Positions 9,561-19,502 of a stretch of DNA of 64,000 nt are shown piece after piece (the first letter of the stretch is position 1; the number at the start of each line of letters is the position of its first letter). Origin of the DNA: an uncultured Candidatus Poseidoniales archaeon (GTDB lineage Archaea; Thermoplasmatota; Poseidoniia; Poseidoniales; Poseidoniaceae); the NCBI GenBank assembly GCA_964015875.1, contig CAXHEV010000005.1, positions 1,143-65,142 on the forward strand, given 5' to 3'. The notes beneath the pieces were generated by a model. That model was not told where the DNA came from. It ran no database searches and was given only the letters and a program-made list of their open reading frames with translations. The position numbers and the translations under genes are program-made.

Positions 9561-9851
9561 ATGAAGCGATCCAAGGGCCTGCGAGTCGGAACACGAAGCG
9601 TTCTACGACGCCGCAAGAACGAACGAAGCCGAGTGAACATCAGCCGAGTCATGCATGATTATCAAGAAGGCGACCGCGTCGCCATCGTCCTCGATGGAGG
9701 ACAACAGATGGGTATGCCCCACCGCCGGTTCCAAGGCCGCACTGGATTCATTCAGAAGCGCCAAGGTGTTGCGTGGGTTGTTTCGGTCAAGGACGGAAAC
9801 ATGCCAAAGACTGTGATTGCTCGACCTGAGCATTTGCGACCACTCCAGTGA
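9561..9851 (+). CDS. rpl21e: 50S ribosomal protein L21e.
   Basis: 96 aa, basic N-terminus (MKRSKGLRVGTRSVLRRRKNERSR) and an L21e-like core (GDRVAIVLDGG…GRTGFIQKRQG). It is followed by rpoF, DUF655 and ksgA as in the conserved archaeal cluster. A strong SD (AGGAGG) lies 9 nt upstream. Confidence 0.85.
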   Translation: MKRSKGLRVGTRSVLRRRKNERSRVNISRVMHDYQEGDRVAIVLDGGQQMGMPHRRFQGRTGFIQKRQGVAWVVSVKDGNMPKTVIARPEHLRPLQ

Positions 9852-9860
9852 GGAATTCAC

Positions 9861-10223
9861 ATGACTGATGAAGAGCGATTCGTTGACTTTGCCACTGTTC
9901 GAGAGATGCTGTTGAACGCTCAAGAGCGCCGCAACAACTTGACCTATGAGCAAAAAGCCGCACTCCAGCATGCAGAATGGGCCGCCAGCGACCATCGCAA
10001 CGGCTACAAAACCCTACCCGAAGTCTTCGAATCACTTCGTGATGCATTGACTGCAACCGACAAACTCACTCCACACCCCCAACTCGCTGCAAAGCTTGCA
10101 GAGTTGATGCCAATGTACCCTGATGACGTGAAAGCAGTCCTTGCCTCTCGCCGTCTTGGGATTGAAGACAGTGAAATTCAAGAAATTCTTGACATCGTTC
10201 GCCAGCATGTTGGCGTCGAGTGA
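9861..10223 (+). CDS. rpoF: DNA-directed RNA polymerase subunit F (Rpo4).
   Basis: 120 aa, acidic and helical. Its position between rpl21e and the DUF655 gene is the hallmark of the archaeal rpl21e-rpoF-DUF655-ksgA cluster. Confidence 0.7.
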   Translation: MTDEERFVDFATVREMLLNAQERRNNLTYEQKAALQHAEWAASDHRNGYKTLPEVFESLRDALTATDKLTPHPQLAAKLAELMPMYPDDVKAVLASRRLGIEDSEIQEILDIVRQHVGVE

Positions 10224-10250
10224 ACACAATCCCCTCAGTGGTGACTCGTT

Positions 10251-11033
10251 ATGTCAGGATCTCGTCGCGACCGCAACATCAAGGTGCCAACACGCGGCAG
10301 TAAAACCGATCGTACTTCCACAGATGGTCATGGCTACTCCCGTCCCGCAGAAGGGCGCCCTACCGTCCCAAGGCCTCAACCAAAGAAGGCTGCACCTCAA
10401 CCTCGGCAAAACAACAACCGTCAAGGTGGACAACGCAGGCAAAACAACCGCCAAGGTGGGCAACGCAACAGCCGGCCCCAACAAAAATCGCCGCTTATGG
10501 AAGAGATATGGGCACGTGTCATTGACCATGACGTGACCGACAATGTCATTGTGGCCATCAGTGAAGAAAAGATGCTGCTCTGCCGGCTTGAGCCAAAACC
10601 TGGCGTTGACCCATTGTTGACCACCTCTCGAGTCTACATCGGCACGGATGCATCGAAGCGAGTCAACATCGACCGTGTTCTTGGGATGACAAACCTCGGA
10701 CGGGTTGCAAACCATGTCAAGGCAGACCTACCACTCGTCATACAGATTTTCATTGAAGAGAATGAAAAGCATTTCATTGACACCTTCTTCAATCGAGCAG
10801 GAAACATGTCGCTCAAGCAACATTCGTTCGAACTGCTGCCCGGCGTAGGCAACAAAAAGGCCTTGCAGATGGTTGATGCGCGGGGTTCAAGTGGCTTTGA
10901 AACGCTGGCTGCGCTCAATGAAGCATGCAACATCGATGCTGCAGATCTGCTCGCAAAACGCTTCCATACGGAGTTGGAGGACCGAAATATCCAACCACGA
11001 TTGATTGACCTGCTCCTTCCGGTGAAGGCATGA
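10251..11033 (+). CDS. DUF655-family putative RNA-binding protein (conserved archaeal RpoF neighbour) with an N-terminal low-complexity RQGG/QN-rich extension.
   Basis: Position in the conserved cluster. The C-terminal part (…LLPGVGNKKALQMVDARGSSGFETLAALNEACNIDAADLLAKRF) has an HhH-like motif typical of DUF655. The N-terminal ~95 aa is low-complexity (NNNRQGGQRRQNNRQGGQRNSRPQQK), encoded by a short tandem DNA repeat. Confidence 0.7.
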   Translation: MSGSRRDRNIKVPTRGSKTDRTSTDGHGYSRPAEGRPTVPRPQPKKAAPQPRQNNNRQGGQRRQNNRQGGQRNSRPQQKSPLMEEIWARVIDHDVTDNVIVAISEEKMLLCRLEPKPGVDPLLTTSRVYIGTDASKRVNIDRVLGMTNLGRVANHVKADLPLVIQIFIEENEKHFIDTFFNRAGNMSLKQHSFELLPGVGNKKALQMVDARGSSGFETLAALNEACNIDAADLLAKRFHTELEDRNIQPRLIDLLLPVKA

Positions 11034-11905
11034 GGGGCGCCCGTTGGTTGGTCGATAGCCTTAGAGCGAAATTGCCTTTTGACAAATCCCTTGGCCAGCA
11101 CTTTCTCGTCAATGATGAGTTGGTCCAACGCGCTGTGAAACTTGGTGAGGTTGAACAGAGTGATCACGTCCTCGAAATAGGTCCTGGCCCTGGAGTGCTG
11201 ACCGAAGCCTTGCTTGAAGTGGGGTGCAGAGTGACCGCCATCGAAATTGACCCCGGCGCAGCCGAACATCTCCGTGGCGCCTTTGCCCCAGAGATTAAGA
11301 CAGAGCAACTGGTGTTGATTGAAGGAGATGCCCTGAATGTCACATGGCCTTCTGATGTGGACAAGGTCGTTGCCAATATTCCCTATCAGATCTCATCGCC
11401 TCTCATCGAACATCTCACTCGCTACCTGCGAAACCCGAGAACAAGTGATCTGAACCACGTCGTTCTCCTCGTTCAGGAAGAATTCGCTGAACGCCTCGTG
11501 ATGGAATATGAGGGTGATGTGGGGTCACTCGGCATGACAGCCGCCCTGGATTGGGATTGTGAAATTGAGGACAAAGTTGGCCCCCATAATTTCAGTCCAA
11601 ACCCTAAGGTGAACTCTCGCTACGTCACTCTAGAAGCCCATCATGAGCAGTGGCCATGTGATGTACGTCTTGTCCGCCAAATGATCCACCAGTGCTTTAC
11701 TGAGCGGAGAAAGAAGCTCCGGACCACTCTAAAACGGGCCCCAAAACGCATCAACAGAGTCGCTGGATGGCACAATGCTCGTTGGAAGGATGCCTATGCC
11801 GCTCATGCGGATGACGAGCGAATGGAAGCACGCCCTGAGGAATTTGAGTTGGACGACTGGATTTCTTTGGCTGTTTCATTTGTTGATTCGGCCCTCGATT
11901 CTTGA
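11030..11905 (+). CDS. rsmA: 16S rRNA (adenine1518/1519-N6)-dimethyltransferase KsgA/Dim1.
   Basis: LGQHFLVNDELVQRAV, SAM motif LEIGPGPGVLTEAL, catalytic NIPYQISSP. Overlaps the DUF655 stop (ATGA). Confidence 0.85.
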   Translation: MRGARWLVDSLRAKLPFDKSLGQHFLVNDELVQRAVKLGEVEQSDHVLEIGPGPGVLTEALLEVGCRVTAIEIDPGAAEHLRGAFAPEIKTEQLVLIEGDALNVTWPSDVDKVVANIPYQISSPLIEHLTRYLRNPRTSDLNHVVLLVQEEFAERLVMEYEGDVGSLGMTAALDWDCEIEDKVGPHNFSPNPKVNSRYVTLEAHHEQWPCDVRLVRQMIHQCFTERRKKLRTTLKRAPKRINRVAGWHNARWKDAYAAHADDERMEARPEEFELDDWISLAVSFVDSALDS

Positions 11906-12002
11906 GTTCAAATACAGTCGAAATCTGTATTTTTAAGACGCTGATGCGGGAGAGCCTTTTCTTAGTGGTGCCTCCTCGCATTGACTTGTCGGAGGGGATG
12001 CT

Positions 12003-13094
12003 ATGGCTAAGAAAGACACCTATCTCGCTTTACTACGTCGAGGAATTGACGATACCACCGCCCAGCAGTTGGCCGATTCTGGGCTAAAAATTGGCGATTT
12101 GAAGAAAATCGACAAGGACATGCTGATTGAAAATTACGGCTTGAAAGCAGACATTGCTGACGGTGTCATCTCAATTATCGCTGCTGGCCCACAAAGCCAC
12201 GGTAAAGAGCGTTATTTGTCAAAGGTCCTCGCACCCGAAAAGAAGCAAGAATCAAAGATTGAAGAAATCAAATTCCAACGCAAGCAAAAGGACGTGCTCA
12301 CCGAGCTTGCCGAGCAAAAAGAACGGCTCAAAATCGCCAAGGTCGAAGCGTTTCGAGCTCAAAAGTTGGTCATGAATAGGTTGGGTAAAACTGTTGAACT
12401 GATCGTCAAACTCGAAAACAACCTTCATGATGAAGGAAAAGACGACCAGAAAGTCAAGATTCGCGACCAATTGGAAACCCGTGGCCTCGAAGCCGCACGT
12501 GACCATGAAATGCTGGAATTGGAAGGTACGCCTCAAGATATCGTAGACTTCCGACGCAAGCACGTCCCTGCGCTCATCTTCCATGCCTGTCCATTTTGTG
12601 GCGATGAAATGGACCCGCGCCAATCCCGGGACCAAGACAGGCCCGATGATTGGGCCTTCATGTGCTGGGAATGTGAGACCAGTTTCACCTCTGGACTCGC
12701 TGACCTTGTTGAGACCAGAATGGCGAACGGTACCCGGATTGTCATCGATGAAGACAAGCCCCCACGCAACCCGGTGCCGCCAAAGCCTGCGTCGATGGAC
12801 TTCAGCAGTGTAAACGAACTGATCCGAAAGGACTTGGAAGAAACTGGTGCTACAGCTGATGAGATGACGAAGGTCGTCGAAGAAGGCGGTTTGACTGGTG
12901 GTCTCATGGACATCAACGACTGGATTGACCAAACCCTCGCTGCTAAAGAATACATCCAAGCGCAGGAAGACCGAGAAGACTTCATTCTGCGAACGGGAGC
13001 AGGCGCTACCAAGTTCAACAAGTGGATGAAGAAGGCTGGTTTGTTCTTCAACAAGCAAACTGGTCGATGGACCCGTCACAAGGACATGCGGTGA
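12003..13094 (+). CDS. Hypothetical protein: N-terminal HhH-like domain, central coiled-coil, C-terminal C4 zinc ribbon.
   Basis: The N-terminus (LLRRGIDDTTAQQLADSGLKIGDLKKIDKDMLIEN) resembles the HhH module of RadA/RNAP subunits. The central region is K/E-rich and heptad-like. A zinc ribbon CPFCGDEM…(21)…CWECETSF is present. It is the first gene of a tightly packed six-gene block. Confidence 0.5.
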   Translation: MAKKDTYLALLRRGIDDTTAQQLADSGLKIGDLKKIDKDMLIENYGLKADIADGVISIIAAGPQSHGKERYLSKVLAPEKKQESKIEEIKFQRKQKDVLTELAEQKERLKIAKVEAFRAQKLVMNRLGKTVELIVKLENNLHDEGKDDQKVKIRDQLETRGLEAARDHEMLELEGTPQDIVDFRRKHVPALIFHACPFCGDEMDPRQSRDQDRPDDWAFMCWECETSFTSGLADLVETRMANGTRIVIDEDKPPRNPVPPKPASMDFSSVNELIRKDLEETGATADEMTKVVEEGGLTGGLMDINDWIDQTLAAKEYIQAQEDREDFILRTGAGATKFNKWMKKAGLFFNKQTGRWTRHKDMR

Positions 13095-13095
13095 G

Positions 13096-13449
13096 GTGTT
13101 TGTAATGTCCGCAAACGCGGTTGCAGCAACCCTCGACTTCGACCCAAGTCACGATCAGGTCCGGCCTGTTGTTCGTTTTTTGCAAGGCCCACACCTGTTA
13201 GGCCAAACACCATTTGTAGCGGGAAGAACCCTCGTTGAACACGCAATTGAAGCAGGTGTTGACATTCCTACGAATTGTACCTCTGGAACGTGTGGCGCCT
13301 GTATGGTCACGCTATTGCTTGGCGACGTTCCTCTGCCAGACCCCCTACCTCCTGGTTTAGATGATTTTTTGGTGGATGAGGGCGCTCGACTGGGCTGCAT
13401 CGGATTGCCTGCAGGTGATGTTGATATTGATCTGCGACCACCGATTTGA
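13096..13449 (+). CDS. 2Fe-2S ferredoxin-like protein.
   Basis: The Cys cluster TNCTSGTCGACMV … LGCIG matches the plant/adrenodoxin-type 2Fe-2S ligand spacing. 117 aa. Starts 2 nt after the upstream stop. Confidence 0.6.
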   Translation: MFVMSANAVAATLDFDPSHDQVRPVVRFLQGPHLLGQTPFVAGRTLVEHAIEAGVDIPTNCTSGTCGACMVTLLLGDVPLPDPLPPGLDDFLVDEGARLGCIGLPAGDVDIDLRPPI

Positions 13450-13655
13450 ATGGAGGAATTGTTCTGTTCGAAGAATGGGGGCGCACTGAATGGCTTCTGC
13501 TTTTAGTCAACGCCTTTGCCATGTACGTTGTGGTGCGGTTTTTACAACGGAAGATACAACGGAAATTGAACGAAGTCGAGGCAAGGCAACGGCACCATCT
13601 GCACCAAAAGAGAGCAGAGATTGAAGATGTTAACAAGGACCCTGCCGATAAATAA
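13446..13655 (+). CDS. Hypothetical 69-aa single-TM protein.
   Basis: ATGA overlap with the ferredoxin stop. One hydrophobic helix (WLLLLVNAFAMYVVVRFL) then a basic tail. Coding status is inferred mainly from operon packing. Confidence 0.3.
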   Translation: MNGGIVLFEEWGRTEWLLLLVNAFAMYVVVRFLQRKIQRKLNEVEARQRHHLHQKRAEIEDVNKDPADK

Positions 13656-13683
13656 ACGCATATGATTCAAGAACCGTAGGCGG

Positions 13684-14952
13684 TTGTTTCCTAGCATGAC
13701 GGAGCGAGCGGAAGTCACCACAGGCCCGCTTGCCGTCGGTCAATTTGTCTCCATGGTCAAACGTACACTAGCGCATGAACCAATGTTCCAACGACAAGCG
13801 ATTCGAGGCGAAGTGTCGCAGTGGAAACCCTACCCTTCGGGCCATACGTACTTCACCCTAAGGGACGATGATGGTCAACTCAGCGCCGTGATTTGGAAAG
13901 GGCGATGCGCGATAGATCCTTCCATTAAGGAAGGAACCGAAGTTGTTGTCACGGCAAGTTTAGACGTCTATGTGAAGCGAGGTAACATCCAACTCATCGT
14001 CGAGCGAATAGAGCCTGTGAACAGCCTCGGAGCGATGGAAGAAGCCAAACGGATATTGATTCAGCGGCTCCGTCAAGAAGGTGAATTGGACAGGACTCGA
14101 ATGCATCTGCCTTTCATTCCAAAGCATATTGCCATCGTCACTGGGACTGGCTCAGCTGCATTGTCTGACATGCAGCGGCTGATTGACAACCGCTGGCCTG
14201 GACTTCGTCGAACCGTGATAGGTGTGCTCGTTCAAGGCGACAGAGCTGTCGAGGAAATTGTCCGTGCTTTGGCCCTAACCCGTCAATTGAGCCATCCAGA
14301 GGTCGCAGCAAAACGAGGGGAACCTCCTGTGGATTTGGTCATTGTTGGCCGGGGAGGAGGATCTCCCCAAGATCTTTGGGCGTTTAACATGGAACCTGTT
14401 GTTCGCGCCGTACTTGCCAGCCCTGTCCCCGTTGTTTCCGCAGTGGGTCATGAATCTGATTTGTTGGTTTCCGACCTCGTAGCCGATGTCCGTGCTTCAA
14501 CGCCTTCAAACGCGATTGAACGAAGCGTGCCAATCCGTGCGGAATTGGAACAGTGGATGGATGATCTCGACGAACGCTTGGACCATGCTACGCGCAGAAC
14601 CTTTCGTGATGCGAGGGTCCGTTTGACTGGGTTACATGCACGGCTCAAAGTAGCCCCGCTTGCTGGTATCAATGCAGAAAAGCGATTGCTGCTGGCCCAT
14701 AAAGCGAAACTAAATCGAGTCACGGAAGGTATATTTTCCCGAGAACGTACTCGATTAAGTGGTTTGGAAGCAGCCCTGCATTCCATTCACCCACAGCGGG
14801 TTCTTGAACGTGGGTATGCGATGACCCAAACCCAGGATGGAACCGTGATCACCAATACAGGTATGCTTGCCGTTGGCCAACAGTTTAACCTGCACTTTGT
14901 CGATGGAACCGCAGAGGCTGCGGTGACTGAAATTCACACCAAGGAAGAATGA
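13684..14952 (+). CDS. xseA: Exodeoxyribonuclease VII large subunit.
   Basis: N-terminal OB-fold signature (…GEVSQWKPYPSGHTYFTLRDDDGQLSAVIW) and central catalytic region (IAIVTGTGSAALSDMQR…VIVGRGGGS). 422 aa. Immediately followed by xseB. Confidence 0.85.
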   Translation: MFPSMTERAEVTTGPLAVGQFVSMVKRTLAHEPMFQRQAIRGEVSQWKPYPSGHTYFTLRDDDGQLSAVIWKGRCAIDPSIKEGTEVVVTASLDVYVKRGNIQLIVERIEPVNSLGAMEEAKRILIQRLRQEGELDRTRMHLPFIPKHIAIVTGTGSAALSDMQRLIDNRWPGLRRTVIGVLVQGDRAVEEIVRALALTRQLSHPEVAAKRGEPPVDLVIVGRGGGSPQDLWAFNMEPVVRAVLASPVPVVSAVGHESDLLVSDLVADVRASTPSNAIERSVPIRAELEQWMDDLDERLDHATRRTFRDARVRLTGLHARLKVAPLAGINAEKRLLLAHKAKLNRVTEGIFSRERTRLSGLEAALHSIHPQRVLERGYAMTQTQDGTVITNTGMLAVGQQFNLHFVDGTAEAAVTEIHTKEE

Positions 14953-14956
14953 AACA

Positions 14957-15187
14957 ATGACTGAAAAAGAACCTACATACAACGAAGCTGCTCTACGACT
15001 CGAGGCAATAGTGGCCGCACTTGAACGAGGCGGTATGGGACTGGATGAAACTCTCAAACTCTACGAAGAAGGAGCTGAACTCCTGAAAACCTGTCAAGCA
15101 GAACTCATCGCAGCTGAGGGTCGTTTGAACGAGCTTCGATTGGAAGATCTCGAACACGAAGTTCAAGCACAGGAAACCTCAGACTGA
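14957..15187 (+). CDS. xseB: Exodeoxyribonuclease VII small subunit.
   Basis: 76 aa helical hairpin protein (…YNEAALRLEAIVAALERGGMGLDETLKLYEEGAELLKTCQAEL…), the typical XseB motif, 4 nt downstream of xseA. Confidence 0.8.
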   Translation: MTEKEPTYNEAALRLEAIVAALERGGMGLDETLKLYEEGAELLKTCQAELIAAEGRLNELRLEDLEHEVQAQETSD

Positions 15188-15211
15188 GATTGAAGCCGGG
15201 AGACCCAATGT

Positions 15212-15511
15212 ATGAAGCCTCGAAAGCACAAAGCTCTGAGCCTTCGGGTTATTCGCTTGTTGAATGGCTGGAAAGACCCGCATTCCGATCTTCCTTACAC
15301 CAAGACTGAAGCGATGAAGAGCATTGAAATTGGCGAGACTGGAATCATTACAATGTGCATCACGCCACATCGCCCTCACTGCCCTTGCTGCCTGTTGGAC
15401 CTTCGAGCATTACATCGTAAGGTGTCAAGCGTGAAGGGCGTCACTGGGGTCGAAATTACGATTGAAGGGGTTCCGGCTGCAGAGCGTTGGACTCGAGAAG
15501 TGAATGGTTGA
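15212..15511 (+). CDS. DUF59/MIP18 (SufT-like) Fe-S cluster assembly family protein (putative).
   Basis: Pattern …WKDPHSDLPY…IEIGETGIITMCITPHRPHCPCC…VKGVTGVEITIEGVPAAERW resembles the DUF59 core (V.DPE…V.V.LTLT.P.CP…V.V…P.W). Assignment is tentative. Confidence 0.4.
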   Translation: MKPRKHKALSLRVIRLLNGWKDPHSDLPYTKTEAMKSIEIGETGIITMCITPHRPHCPCCLLDLRALHRKVSSVKGVTGVEITIEGVPAAERWTREVNG

Positions 15512-16328
15512 TGTCCCTTCTTCGCAGAATGAGATAGACCGGGTATGACCACCCGCCAACTGATGCAAACCATGCCAAAAGAGAGCCTAAAACAGGCCCT
15601 AATGCAGGTATTGACCACATCACAACCAGCGCGTACACCGCTACGCTTACCCCACCGAGCATCATAGGTCCTGCGGCACCTCGAGGAACGGTTTCGCCCT
15701 GAGCAAGCCACAGCGCAACCATACTCGTCAAGAAAATCGCAGGGAACACAGCGGCCAAGCCTGCAAGCAAGGGTAACCCTTGGCTGGAAAGCCAAACCGC
15801 ACAGCCAATGGCAAACGCTGCAGCCGCTCCTCTGCCAACGAGAACCGGCCATTGGACCTGGCGCGACCCCTTTGGAGTCGGACGGGCTTTGAGATTAAAG
15901 CGCACAGCCAAGGCAATGAGGAGAAATAAACCGAGAAAGCCAATCATCCAGTTGGAAGCTCCCTGGCTTGTAGCTTCGCCAATAACTGCGAGCAGTGCCA
16001 CTCCCGCACAAGCCCAGACAATCAGCGAAACAAGTGCTGTGACCAACAATGGCCGGCGAGTCGAAAGATGGTTTGGGAGCATCACCCATACGCCAAGAAA
16101 TAAGGCGTTGAGAAGCATTCCTAACGGAACGATAGCCATGCTTTGCAACAATTCATCTTGACTACCTGAGAGATACATTCCAGCCGCAGCAGGGACAATT
16201 GTGGATGGCACCGTGCCAAGCACACCACCAACAAGCCCACCCCATCGTTCGATGGCAAGCGTGACACCAGTGGCCACTAGGCCTGCAAGTAAAGCCGAAA
16301 GAAGGACCGAGGATGCAAGCATGGTCAT
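15456..16328 (-). CDS. Polytopic integral membrane protein (about 8 TM) of unknown family, translationally coupled to an upstream thioredoxin-like gene.
   Basis: Start chosen at the ATG at 16328 (MTMLASS…), which overlaps the stop of the 16325..16660 ORF (ATGA). Uniformly hydrophobic with Gly/Ala-rich helices. The 3' end overlaps the convergent DUF59 ORF by ~56 nt, so the C-terminus is uncertain. Confidence 0.5.
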   Translation of the reverse strand: MTMLASSVLLSALLAGLVATGVTLAIERWGGLVGGVLGTVPSTIVPAAAGMYLSGSQDELLQSMAIVPLGMLLNALFLGVWVMLPNHLSTRRPLLVTALVSLIVWACAGVALLAVIGEATSQGASNWMIGFLGLFLLIALAVRFNLKARPTPKGSRQVQWPVLVGRGAAAAFAIGCAVWLSSQGLPLLAGLAAVFPAIFLTSMVALWLAQGETVPRGAAGPMMLGGVSVAVYALVVMWSIPALGPVLGSLLAWFASVGGWSYPVYLILRRRDINHSLLESNALQPEPLQS

Positions 16329-16660
16329 GCCCGTCCGTTGAGTTCCATTGCTAGGCGATCTAAACTTCCGCCAGCCCATTCAGCAACACGTTCGCCGTCG
16401 ATGTACAGGGCATTGAATGGCAGGATGTCCACCAATGAGACCCACGGGTTGTCGATTTTGAAATGACCGAGTCCGGGTGCATCGAGCAAAAGCACTCCCA
16501 CTCGAACCTCATTGGTGAGTTCATCCGTTTGCTTCTCAAGCGTTCCTGTCCATGTTTTACAAGGTTCGCACCCTGTTTTTCCAAGCACCAGCAAGGAAAT
16601 TGGAGCATCGAGGAAGGATTTCCATGTGCCTGAATCAAGTTGTTCAATCCTCACCAACAA
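16325..16660 (-). CDS. Thioredoxin-fold protein (CxxC).
   Basis: LVLGKTGCEPCKTWTGTLEKQ shows a thioredoxin-like CxxC motif preceded by a hydrophobic beta-strand. 111 aa. Divergent from katG. Confidence 0.5.
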   Translation of the reverse strand: MLVRIEQLDSGTWKSFLDAPISLLVLGKTGCEPCKTWTGTLEKQTDELTNEVRVGVLLLDAPGLGHFKIDNPWVSLVDILPFNALYIDGERVAEWAGGSLDRLAMELNGRA

Positions 16661-16806
16661 GCCCGCCTCTCAGGTCTGGGATTCGACCCATGCTTCGAGG
16701 CAGGAGCGTCGGCACATCAACTCTACCACGGCTCTTGTTTGCGGATTGAAATCGTTAGAGGGCTGAAACTACACCTTGATATGGCATGAGAGTTTCCGGC
16801 AATTGA

Positions 16807-18969
<2,163 letters not shown>

Positions 18970-19008
18970 TGGCTCTGTTTGGCTCATCGAAACAGATAAA
19001 CGCCGGCG

Positions 19009-19491
19009 GTGGTTGGCATTGGCATGGTCAATATTGGAGACACTGCCCCTGCCTTTACCCTCAAAACCACAGACAAGAGTGACGTCAGTTTGGCTGACTT
19101 TCACGGTCAAAATGTGATCCTTGCCTTCTACCCGGGCGCTTTTACTGGCGTGTGTGACAAGGAAATGTGTGCCTTTCAGGACAACATCGGCTCATTGAAC
19201 GACGCAAACGCAGTCGTGCTGGGCATCAGCGTCGACTCGCCTTGGGCCAATGCAGAATTCTCCAGGAAGTACAATCTTGATTTTGCTCTGCTCTCTGACA
19301 TTGACAGAAAAGTAGTGAAGGCTTACGATGCAACTTTTGTTGGGCTCGGTGGCATCGAAGGGTACGTCAGCGCTAACCGTGTCGTCATCATCATTGACAA
19401 GGAAGGCACGGTCCAATACCGCTGGGTCGCAGAAAACCCTGGTGTAGAACCAGATTACGGTGCGGTTGTCGCCTTTGCTGCGTCGCTTTGA
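19009..19491 (+). CDS. Peroxiredoxin (AhpC/TSA-Bcp family, 1-Cys/atypical 2-Cys).
   Basis: Peroxidatic Cys motif FYPGAFTGVCDKEMC. About 155 aa. 40 nt downstream of katG on the same strand, a likely oxidative-stress operon. An alternative ATG lies at 19024. Confidence 0.85.
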   Translation: MVGIGMVNIGDTAPAFTLKTTDKSDVSLADFHGQNVILAFYPGAFTGVCDKEMCAFQDNIGSLNDANAVVLGISVDSPWANAEFSRKYNLDFALLSDIDRKVVKAYDATFVGLGGIEGYVSANRVVIIIDKEGTVQYRWVAENPGVEPDYGAVVAFAASL

Positions 19492-19502
19492 GTGCTTCAG
19501 AT

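Noticed and set aside
10634-11308. 224-aa minus-strand ORF
   Set aside because: It lies entirely antisense to the well-supported DUF655 and ksgA genes. The translation is low-complexity (Ser/Arg/Ala-rich) with no motifs. It is a typical shadow ORF in GC-biased coding DNA.
12252-13079. 275-aa minus-strand ORF (and 12533..13054, 173 aa)
   Set aside because: Antisense to the 12003..13094 gene, which shows coherent domain structure (HhH, coiled coil, Zn ribbon). The antisense translations are compositionally odd with no motifs.
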